64,000 nt of DNA from an uncultured delta proteobacterium. GTDB lineage: Bacteria > Desulfobacterota > Desulfuromonadia > Geobacterales > Pseudopelobacteraceae. The stretch lies in assembly GCA_963772835.1 (NCBI GenBank), contig CAVYYZ010000003.1, positions 96,001 through 160,000 of the forward strand, written 5' to 3'. Shown here piece after piece: positions 10,525 through 18,844 of the stretch (position 1 is its first letter; every line of letters starts with the position of its first letter). Under the pieces are notes generated by a model that had not been told where the DNA came from, ran no database searches, and saw only the letters and a program-made list of their open reading frames with translations. The translations under genes and the position numbers were made by a program.

Positions 10525-11393
10525 GATATTCATTATTCTTTGCATTGATGGTTTTGACGCTCTCTGCGACATCCGCTTCTGCCGGTTTTTTTGATGAAGT
10601 TCAAAAATTTGTAAAGCCGGATTCAAAAGAGGGCAAAATATTTTCGGGAGCAACCCAGGTATTATCAAGCTCAAAGGAAATTGACTATAAGACCGAACGG
10701 ACCATTGGTGAAAGTCTGGCGTTGGAAGGGTTGCAGCGCTTTGGAAATCCGGTTAAAAGCGAATCGCTGCAGCGGTATGTCAATCAGGTAGGAACCGCGG
10801 TTGCCGCAAACAGCAAGCGCTCAACGATCCCATACCAGTTTGCGGTACTGGACAGCAAGGTGCAGAACGCCTTTGCGGTTCCGGGTGGTGTTATCTTCAT
10901 CAGTCGCGCTCTGGTCTCCATTCTGGACGATGAGGCAGAACTGGCTGCGGTACTGGCCCACGAAGTCGGTCACGTGTCTGAAAAACACGCGCTGAAGAGC
11001 ACCCAGCGAGCCCAGTTCATGCAGGGCGTCGGGACGATCACTGCTGCAAGCCTTGGAGGGAGTAAAGGGAAGCAGTTTGCCGCGGCCATAGGTGACATGC
11101 AGGCCGTTCTGTTCGACAAGGGACTTGACAAGGAGATGGAATTTGAAGCCGATGCGGCCGCTATGGAGACGACCTATCGCACCGGATATGATCCTTCTGC
11201 TATGATCAGGGTACTGGAGAAGCTACAGAAACTGGAGGCAGCAAGCAAGGACAAGAAAGGATCGTGGTTCTCGACACACCCACCGCTTGCAGATCGCATT
11301 GCCAAACTTCAGGCGCAGTTGCAAAAGTATCCCGACTATTCTTCGCTGGCACGTGTGCATGACCGGTTTGTAAAAACTGTGACGGTGAAATAG
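10521..11393 (+). CDS. M48-family zinc metallopeptidase, exported
   Basis: NAFAVPGG, ELAAVLAHEVGH (HExxH), E-x-EAD and STHP motifs. ATGA overlap with the SH3 gene. Confidence 0.9.
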   Translation: MRYSLFFALMVLTLSATSASAGFFDEVQKFVKPDSKEGKIFSGATQVLSSSKEIDYKTERTIGESLALEGLQRFGNPVKSESLQRYVNQVGTAVAANSKRSTIPYQFAVLDSKVQNAFAVPGGVIFISRALVSILDDEAELAAVLAHEVGHVSEKHALKSTQRAQFMQGVGTITAASLGGSKGKQFAAAIGDMQAVLFDKGLDKEMEFEADAAAMETTYRTGYDPSAMIRVLEKLQKLEAASKDKKGSWFSTHPPLADRIAKLQAQLQKYPDYSSLARVHDRFVKTVTVK

Positions 11394-11535
11394 TCCGGCT
11401 GTTATTTTGATTCAGAGTAAAAAGACATTTCCCCCCTGTGCGCCGGCTCTGTCGTCTGCAGGGGGGTCTGCTTTTCACAGGCCGTAATCCCTGTTTTCGT
11501 ATGGCTTAAACCCTCAGTTTTCGAGCAATTATGAT

Positions 11536-11565
11536 TTGACAAGCGAGCTCAAAAAAATGTATACA
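11536..11565 (+). promoter_or_regulatory. sigma70-like promoter of acnB, with a TGTATACA palindrome overlapping the -10
   Basis: TTGACA at 11536-11541, TATACA at 11560-11565, palindrome TGTATACA at 11558-11565. Confidence 0.55.
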
Positions 11566-11638
11566 GTATGCGATTTACACGTGCGTTTTTACGGCTCGTA
11601 ACCACCGCAGAATATATCAAGCGAAGGAGGAACAGTAG

Positions 11639-14170
11639 ATGATTGAAGCGTATCTTGCACATGAAAAGGAGAGGGCGGCCCAAGGCATACCCGCGCTCCC
11701 GCTGACCCCTGAACAGACCACCGGACTGTGTGAATTGCTGGTTAGTCCCCCTGCAGGAAAAGAAGCGTTCCTGCTTACCCTGATCAAGGATCGTGTCTCT
11801 CCCGGAGTTGATCCTGCTGCCGAAGTCAAAGCAGCGTTCCTTGCTAAAATCGTCTCCGGTACGAAGAAATCACCGCTGATAACTCAGGTTGATGCGATCC
11901 GTATGCTCGGTACCATGATGGGCGGCTACAACGTAGCCCCGCTGGTCGATGCACTGACAAACGCCGCTCTGGCTGACGAAGCAGCCTGCGCCCTGTCCGG
12001 CATGACCCTCGTATATGACGGCTTCGATAAAGTTGTAGAGCTTTCGGCAACGAATGCTGCCGCTAAAAAAGTTCTTACCTCCTGGGCAAACGCCGACTGG
12101 TTCACCAACAAACCAAGCCTGGCTGATATCATCAAAGTCAAGGTGTACAAGGTCGAAGGCGAAATCAACACCGACGACTTCTCACCTGCAGGCGATGCCT
12201 GGAGTCGCCCTGACATTCCGCTGCATGCTTTGGCAATGGGTAAGACCCGTTTTCCCGATGGCCTTGCAACAATTGCCAAATTCCGCGCTGACGGATTTCA
12301 GGTCGCATTTGTCGGTGACGTTGTCGGCACCGGTTCTTCACGTAAATCCGCGTGTAATTCGGTTCTCTGGTGCATCGGCCAGGATATCCCCTGCGTACCG
12401 AACAAAAAGACTGCCGGCGTCATCATCGGCAGCGTCATCGCCCCGATTTTTTTCAACACCGCCCAGGATTCCGGCGCACTGCCGCTGAAGGCTGATGTTT
12501 CCAGGATGAATACCGGTGATGTGATCGTTATCGACACCAAAAAAGGGCAGATCACAAGTGAAGCGGGCGAGCTCCTCTCCACATTCCAGATTGCCCCGAA
12601 CACAATCGCCGACGAATTCCGTGCCGGAGGCCGTATACCCCTGATCATCGGCCGCGCCGTCACCGACCGCGCCCGTGCTGCGCTCGGCCTCGGCGCCACT
12701 GATATCTTTACCCTGCCGGTAAACCCGGTTCCGAAAGCGGGCCAGGGATACACCCAGGCGCAGAAAATGGTCGGTCAGGCCTGCGGTGTTGCCGGCATCC
12801 TGCCCGGTACCGCCTGCGAGCCAAAAATGACCACGGTCGGCAGTCAGGACACGACCGGTCCGATGACCGCCGACGAGCTGAAAGAGCTCGCCTGCCTCAA
12901 ATTTCTGTCACCGATGTTCATGCAGTCGTTCTGCCACACCGCCGCCTATCCGAAACCGGCCGACGTCAAGATGCATAAAACCCTGCCTGACTTCATCATC
13001 GAGCGCGGCGGCGTACCGCTGAAGCCGGGCGACGGCGTTATTCACTCCTGGCTGAACCGCCTGCTTCTCCCCGATACCGTCGGTACCGGCGGCGATTCCC
13101 ACACCCGTTTCCCGATCGGCATCTCCTTCCCGGCCGGTTCCGGTCTTGTTGCGTTTGCCGGTGCCATGGGTTTCATGCCGCTTGATATGCCGGAATCAGT
13201 TCTGGTCCGTTTCAAGGGGAAGCTCAACCCGGGTATGACCCTGCGTGATGCGGTCAATGCGATTCCCTACTGGGCAATCAAGCAGGGACATCTGACCGTG
13301 CCGAAGAAGAACAAGGTCAATATCTTTAACGGCCGCATTCTGGAAATGGAAGGACTCCCCGATCTGTCCGTAGAGCAGGCGTTCGAACTGACCGACGCCG
13401 CTGCCGAGCGCTCTGCCGCAGCCGGCTGCATAAAGCTTTCTGAGGCTTCTGTTGCGACATATCTCCGCTCCAATGTGGCGCTGATGAAGAATATGATCAA
13501 GGAAGGGTACCAGGACGCTCAGACGCTGCAGAATCGCATCGATGCCGTCAATGAATGGCTGAAAGCTCCCAAGCTGCTGGAAGCCGACAAAAACGCCGAA
13601 TATGCCGCGATCATCGAGATCGATCTGGCGGAGATCACCGAGCCGATTCTGGCCTGCCCGAATGACCCTGACGATGTCAAGCTCCTTTCTGACGTTGCCG
13701 GTACCCAGATCCAGGACGTGTTCCTCGGTTCCTGCATGACCAATATCGGTCACTTCCGCGCTGCAGCCGAAATCTGGCGTGGCCAGAAGTTCAATCCGGC
13801 AGTCCGTACCTGGATCTGCCCGCCGACCCGCATGGATCAGGTGAAGCTGAAAGATGAGGCCTGCTTTGCAGTCTACAGCGCCTTCGGTGCCCGCATCGAA
13901 ATCGCCGGCTGCTCGCTCTGCATGGGCAACCAGGCGCGCGTACCGGACGGGGTCAACATGTACTCCACCTCGACCCGTAACTTCGATGATCGTATCGGCA
14001 ACGGCGCCAGAGTATACCTCGGTTCCGCCGAGCTGGGGGCAGTAACGGCTCTGCTTGGAAGACTGCCGCAACCGGCCGAGTTCCTCGAAATCTACAAAGA
14101 GAAGATCGAACCGAACAAGGAAAAGATCTACAAGTATCTGCAGTTTGATGAGATGCCAGAATACAAGTAA
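11639..14170 (+). CDS. acnB: Aconitate hydratase 2 / 2-methylisocitrate dehydratase
   Basis: N-terminal HEAT-like domain, VGTGSSRKSA, GSQDTTGPMT, DSHTRFPIG, and Fe-S cysteines in GSCMTN and GCSLCMGNQ. Confidence 0.97.
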   Translation: MIEAYLAHEKERAAQGIPALPLTPEQTTGLCELLVSPPAGKEAFLLTLIKDRVSPGVDPAAEVKAAFLAKIVSGTKKSPLITQVDAIRMLGTMMGGYNVAPLVDALTNAALADEAACALSGMTLVYDGFDKVVELSATNAAAKKVLTSWANADWFTNKPSLADIIKVKVYKVEGEINTDDFSPAGDAWSRPDIPLHALAMGKTRFPDGLATIAKFRADGFQVAFVGDVVGTGSSRKSACNSVLWCIGQDIPCVPNKKTAGVIIGSVIAPIFFNTAQDSGALPLKADVSRMNTGDVIVIDTKKGQITSEAGELLSTFQIAPNTIADEFRAGGRIPLIIGRAVTDRARAALGLGATDIFTLPVNPVPKAGQGYTQAQKMVGQACGVAGILPGTACEPKMTTVGSQDTTGPMTADELKELACLKFLSPMFMQSFCHTAAYPKPADVKMHKTLPDFIIERGGVPLKPGDGVIHSWLNRLLLPDTVGTGGDSHTRFPIGISFPAGSGLVAFAGAMGFMPLDMPESVLVRFKGKLNPGMTLRDAVNAIPYWAIKQGHLTVPKKNKVNIFNGRILEMEGLPDLSVEQAFELTDAAAERSAAAGCIKLSEASVATYLRSNVALMKNMIKEGYQDAQTLQNRIDAVNEWLKAPKLLEADKNAEYAAIIEIDLAEITEPILACPNDPDDVKLLSDVAGTQIQDVFLGSCMTNIGHFRAAAEIWRGQKFNPAVRTWICPPTRMDQVKLKDEACFAVYSAFGARIEIAGCSLCMGNQARVPDGVNMYSTSTRNFDDRIGNGARVYLGSAELGAVTALLGRLPQPAEFLEIYKEKIEPNKEKIYKYLQFDEMPEYK

Positions 14171-14206
14171 TACCAGAGAGTTAATTTAATATGTGTAAGC
14201 TTTGAT

Positions 14207-14249
14207 ACAACAAACCCCCGCCCGGCAGTGCCCGGCGGGGGTTTGTTGT
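14207..14249. terminator. Hairpin terminator between convergent acnB and the Cys-rich gene
   Basis: Inverted repeat ACAACAAACCCCCGCC / GGCGGGGGTTTGTTGT. Confidence 0.75.
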
Positions 14250-14331
14250 TCAGACCTGCTGTTATTGATCTTTTTATGTATAAGGAGAGCTGTACCAAAG
14301 ATGACGCGAACCGCCGGGTTCAAGCAGGTGC

Positions 14332-14706
14332 CTATCGTTTTTTCCGTTGATCCAATGTACCCCTGCATTCAGTCGATAGTTCCTGCTCATGCTCTTTCAG
14401 GCATTTGAATATGCGGCCGTTCCCCGGTTTCACATCATTGCAGAACTGCGCAGCATCTTTCTGACATGCCTGAATAGCTTCTTTCATCTTACTTTTCACC
14501 TCTTCTCCACGGGCTTTGCAAGCTGCCGACAACTCGTTCTCATGCTCTTTCAGACATTTTGCTATCCGACCGCCTCCCGGTGTAACATCTGCACAAAACC
14601 GTGCGACATCCTCCTTGCACGGTCTTCCGTCAGCAGCCTGGGTGTCACTGCAGAACAACGGCAGTGACAATATGCAAAGAACCGGTATAACAGTGAAGTA
14701 CTTCAT
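14332..14706 (-). CDS. Exported cysteine-rich repeat protein (two GLG1-like repeats)
   Basis: Signal peptide and two copies of C-x2-D-x3-FC-x-DV-x-PG-x-GRI-x-KCLKEHE-x-ELS-x2-C. GAGGA RBS before ATG 14706. Confidence 0.8.
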   Translation of the reverse strand: MKYFTVIPVLCILSLPLFCSDTQAADGRPCKEDVARFCADVTPGGGRIAKCLKEHENELSAACKARGEEVKSKMKEAIQACQKDAAQFCNDVKPGNGRIFKCLKEHEQELSTECRGTLDQRKKR

Positions 14707-14988
14707 CTCATCCTCCTCGTCCATTTAAGCTGTAGTCACGCTCGGTTTATTGTATCGAATTTAATCAGTTTCACAAACCTGGAAATGAATGAGTTTAGTA
14801 TTATTCATCGTTACCTGAACGTGTAGGGCAATTCATAAATGAAAAACTTGAGTTTGATATGTTGTCGGCGTATCAAAAACAGACGTTTTGGCGTATCAGG
14901 ACAAGGTTTCTGCTTGCCATCGTAACTCTCATAGAGTACCCGTACTATTATTCGTGTGAACATTCAGGCATGGGTAAGGGAGCTTCAA

Positions 14989-15597
14989 ATGCAAACGGTG
15001 ATTAAACATCTCAAGGGGACTTTTCTGGCCGGGATTTTTATCGTTATCCCGGTCGGGATAACCATTTTCATTCTTAAATTTCTTTTTAATTTTGCTGACG
15101 GAATTCTTGGGAGTAACCTGGACAGCATGATGGTTTACTACGGTCGGAGCGGCGGGCATATTCCCGGCATCGGCATGATCACCGCCGCTCTGGTGATTTA
15201 TCTGGCCGGTCTTGTTGCCACGAATGTTCTTGGGAAACGTTTACTGAAATCCGGCGAGAATCTTCTTACGCGCATCCCGCTGGTCAAGTCAATCTACACC
15301 TCAAGCAAGCAGCTGACCAAGGTCTTTAAAGAAGGTGGCTCTTCCTACCGACGTGCGGTTTTTGTCGAATGGCCCCGTCCCGGAGTAAGAGCCGTGGGGT
15401 TTGTGACGGCCGAAGTTGAGCGGAATGGTGAGAGCTTTGTTGTGGTCTACATACCGACCATGCCGAATCCGACGTCCGGTTTTGCACTCTGGTTTCTTGA
15501 GTGCGATGTGTACGAGAGCGGCATGACAGTTGAGGACGCAGTTAAATTCGTTGTCTCTGGCGGGGTAGTGATACCGTGGGAGGTCAAAGGGATATAG
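14989..15597 (+). CDS. DUF502-family membrane protein
   Basis: FLAGIFIVIP, RIPLVKSIY, VYIPTMPNPTSGF and MTVEDAVKFVVSGG motifs. Confidence 0.85.
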   Translation: MQTVIKHLKGTFLAGIFIVIPVGITIFILKFLFNFADGILGSNLDSMMVYYGRSGGHIPGIGMITAALVIYLAGLVATNVLGKRLLKSGENLLTRIPLVKSIYTSSKQLTKVFKEGGSSYRRAVFVEWPRPGVRAVGFVTAEVERNGESFVVVYIPTMPNPTSGFALWFLECDVYESGMTVEDAVKFVVSGGVVIPWEVKGI

Positions 15598-15818
15598 CGG
15601 GAGAAGAACATTTGTAATCAAATTGATATTCAGTCATAGAGTGATTTGTGCTATAAGTTTCGGAATATGAAAAGAAATATTCACGTGTCACATGATTTCA
15701 AGCATCTGGAATCTTCTGAAAATGTTCTCACGTTCATGGTTTCGCCAATGATGGAAAGCAGGAGAGGATTCAGAATAGTCTGACGTGCATTACCATAATC
15801 TTCGCGTAGGAGTTGTAC

Positions 15819-16349
15819 ATGGTGCAGGTATCTGACAATCAGGGTGTTTCTGGCAGCAGTGGATTTAGTCGGACCGTGTCGCTATTGTTATGGTGTGCCG
15901 TAGTTACCGGTTTGGCGGTCTCTGCTTTTACTGTGGTGGAGGAGTTATGTCTTGCTACTGCGTGCAGGGACACAGCAAGTTTTACCTTCTTCGGGCTCGG
16001 TATTGGATGGTTTGGTATCGTATATTTCAGTTTCATTCTGCTTTTTCTCTGGTTGCGGTTCAAAATTCACCTGATGGCCTGGGTTCCTACTGCAATGATC
16101 TTTTCCGGAATCGGTGCCGAATTTCGCTTTCTCTGGATACAAAAATTTATTATCGGCAGTTGGTGTCCTCTCTGTGTCACAGTCTGTTTTGCACTGATCT
16201 TTGCAGCCCTGGCACTGTTAATCGAAAAAATACTGAAGGTACAGTCAGGTAAGCAGAGTAGAAAAAACCTCTCTGGGTGGCTGGTCTTTGTAGTCATAAT
16301 GATTGCCGCCGGTTTTGCGGTAGCTTTTGTCGGTGTGCAAGCTCTGTGA
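15819..16349 (+). CDS. Vitamin K epoxide reductase (VKOR)-family membrane protein
   Basis: Loop cysteine pair C-LATA-C, FFG..I.WFG, Q-x6-WCPLC redox motif and multiple TM helices. Confidence 0.75.
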   Translation: MVQVSDNQGVSGSSGFSRTVSLLLWCAVVTGLAVSAFTVVEELCLATACRDTASFTFFGLGIGWFGIVYFSFILLFLWLRFKIHLMAWVPTAMIFSGIGAEFRFLWIQKFIIGSWCPLCVTVCFALIFAALALLIEKILKVQSGKQSRKNLSGWLVFVVIMIAAGFAVAFVGVQAL

Positions 16350-16449
16350 GTTATTGAAAAAGTGAAACCGTCTGGTATTGAGACAATTATCGAACTTCTT
16401 AAACAGCCGCAAAACAGTAATTCATCGTTGCCATATTGGAGCTCACGGG

Positions 16450-17511
16450 ATGACCGATAAACAGCCGGATACAGTTACAAAACTGCTGGAACGGCGTAAT
16501 GAAGAGCTGGCGTCAATGATCGAAATTGGCAAAGCGCTGACCTCCAGCCTGGATATCCACGCCATTCTTGAGGCTATTATGAAGCAGGTTGAGCGGCTGA
16601 TAAAGCCCAAATCCTGGTCGCTTCTTCTGGTCGACAGCCTGTCCGGTGACCTGGTTTTTGAAATTGCCGTTTCTACGGTGTCTGAACAGTTAATGGGTGT
16701 TCGTCTCAAGCGGGGGAAGGGGATCGCCGGATGGGTTGCGGAACACGGGGAATCGCTTCTGATTCCGGATGTAAGCAAAGATGCCAGATTTGCAGGTGAT
16801 TTTGATCAGAAGTTGTTGTTTACCACGCGTTCAATTGTATGTGTGCCGATGAAAATTAAGGATCAGGTCATGGGGGTTATTGAGCTGATCAATAGTTTTG
16901 AGGAACTCGACTTTGATGAAAGTGATATCCAGCTTATTTCTGTAATTGCCGATTTTGCCGCGATCGCGCTTGAAAATGCCCGTAACTACAAACGAATCAA
17001 TGAACTGGTGATTACAGATGACCTGACTGGATTATATAATTCCCGACAGTTTGGGAAGTTGATTGAAAACGAAGTTCAGCGCTGCGGGCGATATGGGGAA
17101 AAGTTCTCACTTATTTTTCTTGATCTTGACCGTTTTAAAGAAATCAATGATACCCATGGCCACCTGGTCGGGAGCCGGATGCTGGGAGAATTTGGCAAGC
17201 TGGTCGGAAAACAAATACGAGTTTCTGACATGGCAGCCCGTTATGGCGGGGATGAATTTGCGATTATTCTTCCACAAACCGGAAAAGAGCAGGGGATCTA
17301 TATGGCTGATAAGCTTCTGGATGCCATGAAAGAGGCGTGTTTTGTTTCTGACGAGAAGGTTCCAATAACGCTGACGGCCAGTTTTGGTGTCGCTACATAT
17401 CCGGATGATGGAGATGGTCGGGCTGCTCTGATCAAGGCTGCCGATAGTGCGATGTATGATGCCAAAGCAAGTGGAAGGGCAGGGGTCAGGGGGTTTTGTT
17501 TCGAGGGATAA
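16450..17511 (+). CDS. GAF-GGDEF dinucleotide cyclase (Hypr-type signature)
   Basis: GAF domain (GIAGWVA, DVSKDARF, SIVCVPM), DDLTGLYN, DLDRFKEIND, RYGGDEF and an RxxD I-site. Confidence 0.92.
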   Translation: MTDKQPDTVTKLLERRNEELASMIEIGKALTSSLDIHAILEAIMKQVERLIKPKSWSLLLVDSLSGDLVFEIAVSTVSEQLMGVRLKRGKGIAGWVAEHGESLLIPDVSKDARFAGDFDQKLLFTTRSIVCVPMKIKDQVMGVIELINSFEELDFDESDIQLISVIADFAAIALENARNYKRINELVITDDLTGLYNSRQFGKLIENEVQRCGRYGEKFSLIFLDLDRFKEINDTHGHLVGSRMLGEFGKLVGKQIRVSDMAARYGGDEFAIILPQTGKEQGIYMADKLLDAMKEACFVSDEKVPITLTASFGVATYPDDGDGRAALIKAADSAMYDAKASGRAGVRGFCFEG

Positions 17512-17612
17512 TCGGATTGTTTTTGTATCGGACAAAAAGGCTTTAGGATAAGTAAGTTACCATTCCTGTCAGTTCCCTTGAATGAGGTATATCTTGGCAT
17601 TAGGTGGATACC

Positions 17613-17797
17613 ATGGATCTCTTTAGAACGAGAAACTGGACTTGGTATGATATCGGACTACTGAAGTGGTGTTGTGTTCTCTTTGGAATGATTGCGGGTG
17701 CATATTTTCATGAGTTGGTAATGCAGAATGTATGGCTGGTATTTTTGTCGCAGTAATTCTGACGATCAGACCTGCATATGCTTACTTCAGGGAATAG
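17613..17797 (+). pseudogene. Small membrane protein gene apparently frameshifted at a T5 run
   Basis: AGGTGG RBS, then MDLFRTRNWTWYDIGLLKWCCVLFGMIAGAY... stops at 17756. Adding one T at 17742-17746 continues the hydrophobic FVAVILTIRPAYAYFRE to 17797 (61 aa). Absent from the ORF track. Confidence 0.55.
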
Positions 17798-17811
17798 TTG
17801 TCGGAGTCATT

Positions 17812-18021
17812 ATGAATCGAATGGTTTTTTTTTCAATCCTGTTAGCGATATGTTTTGCATTACAGGGATGTTCTTATCGGGCTTGGTACACTGGATTTCA
17901 AGATGAACAACGGCGAAAATGTTATGACAATCCGAACCAGACACAGATACAGCAGTGTTTGGACAGGGCTAACATGAGTTATGATGATTATGAAAAGTTT
18001 CGGAAGGATTCCAAAAAGTAG
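17812..18021 (+). CDS. Small lipoprotein with a cysteine pair
   Basis: GGAG RBS, lipobox LQG-C and two further Cys residues. Confidence 0.7.
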   Translation: MNRMVFFSILLAICFALQGCSYRAWYTGFQDEQRRKCYDNPNQTQIQQCLDRANMSYDDYEKFRKDSKK

Positions 18022-18298
18022 GACAATAATAGGTAGGGGATTGCTCGTGTAAGGGATAACTCGACTTTGACATGATACTCTCATAAAAAAATTAATAACA
18101 GACTGTATTTTTATATAGGTAGGGATATACTTAAACCAGATAGAAAGTGTACATCTCAACAAAAGGAGGACTTACGCCGATGCAGACAGAGACTCCACCA
18201 GAGGATCACCAGACATAGGAATTATAATCACACCGAGTACCGCAAAACGGTGGCTCGGATATAGCCTAAAAGGTAAACAAATATCGTAAGAAAAAGAG

Positions 18299-18329
18299 AA
18301 CCCCACCGAATATACTTGGTGGGGTTTTT
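18299..18329 (+). terminator. Intrinsic terminator-like hairpin
   Basis: AACCCCACCGA...TTGGTGGGGTT followed by Ts. Confidence 0.55.
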
Positions 18330-18502
18330 GTATTTGACAGTCGTTTTACAGGTTTTATCTAAAAAAAGCATGTATTTTATAACAAAAATCACCAACGCCG
18401 ATATGTTTGGCACCCTGGTCAATAGTAACAGTTGCTACCAGACCAGAACGGCAACCGGAGTGATCGTTCACAGTGCCGGCTGCTACTGACTTTTTTTCAA
18501 CT

Positions 18503-18522
18503 TGGTACATATCTGGTACATA
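18503..18522. repeat. Tandem 9-bp direct repeat TGGTACATA x2, resembling integrase arm-type sites
   Basis: Copies at 18503-18511 and 18514-18522, about 70 bp beyond the tRNA-Leu 3' end. Confidence 0.5.
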
Positions 18523-18551
18523 AAATGAAATTACACGTTTTGAAATAGGAA

Positions 18552-18584
18552 AAAGGCTTTACAGGAAAAACCCGTAAAGCCTTT
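18552..18584 (-). terminator. Hairpin immediately downstream of tRNA-Leu
   Basis: AAAGGCTTTAC.GG / CC.GTAAAGCCTTT inverted repeat, ending in a U-rich tail on the minus strand. Confidence 0.7.
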
Positions 18585-18593
18585 ATTCATCGT

Positions 18594-18679
18594 TGGTAGC
18601 GGAGACCAGACTCGAACTGGTATGATCTTGCAATCGGCAGATTTTGAGTCTGCTGTGTCTACCATTTCACCACTCCGCC
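18594..18679 (-). tRNA. tRNA-Leu (anticodon CAA)
   Basis: Reverse complement GGCGGAGTGGTGAAATGGTAGACAC...GCAGA-CTCAAAA-TCTGC...GTTCGAGT...CTCCGCTACCA, with a long variable arm and encoded CCA. Confidence 0.95.
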
Positions 18680-18753
18680 AAGGGTGATACTTATAATTCA
18701 GACAACGTCACACGTCAAGGATTATTGCCGGATAATGATGCATTTTGTGCGCG

Positions 18754-18816
18754 TGACAGCAAATATGTATGTCAGTAGCAAATATGTATTGACAGAAATC
18801 CCTTTATCAATACATT
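18754..18816 (+). promoter_or_regulatory. Promoter of carbonic anhydrase with tandem operator-like repeats
   Basis: AGCAAATATGTAT x2 (18758-18770, 18777-18789), TGACA-N11-TGTCA (18754-18774), TTGACA at 18789-18794 and TACATT at 18811-18816. Confidence 0.55.
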
Positions 18817-18844
18817 AGTAAAAAAACATAAACTGGGGGTAACA

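Noticed and set aside
14822..14840. GTAGGGCAATTCATAAAT resembling half of a GTAG-type REP
   Set aside because: The second arm is absent, it is a single copy, and no RAYT transposase is nearby.
15600..16450. GEMM (c-di-GMP/cGAMP) riboswitch near the Hypr GGDEF gene
   Set aside because: No GEMM-type paired hairpin or tetraloop-receptor pattern could be identified by eye.
18162..18490. Short ORFs (MQTETPPEDHQT after AGGAGG; MYFITKITNADM...) as an integrase remnant or toxin peptides
   Set aside because: No recognisable motifs, and too short to support a call.
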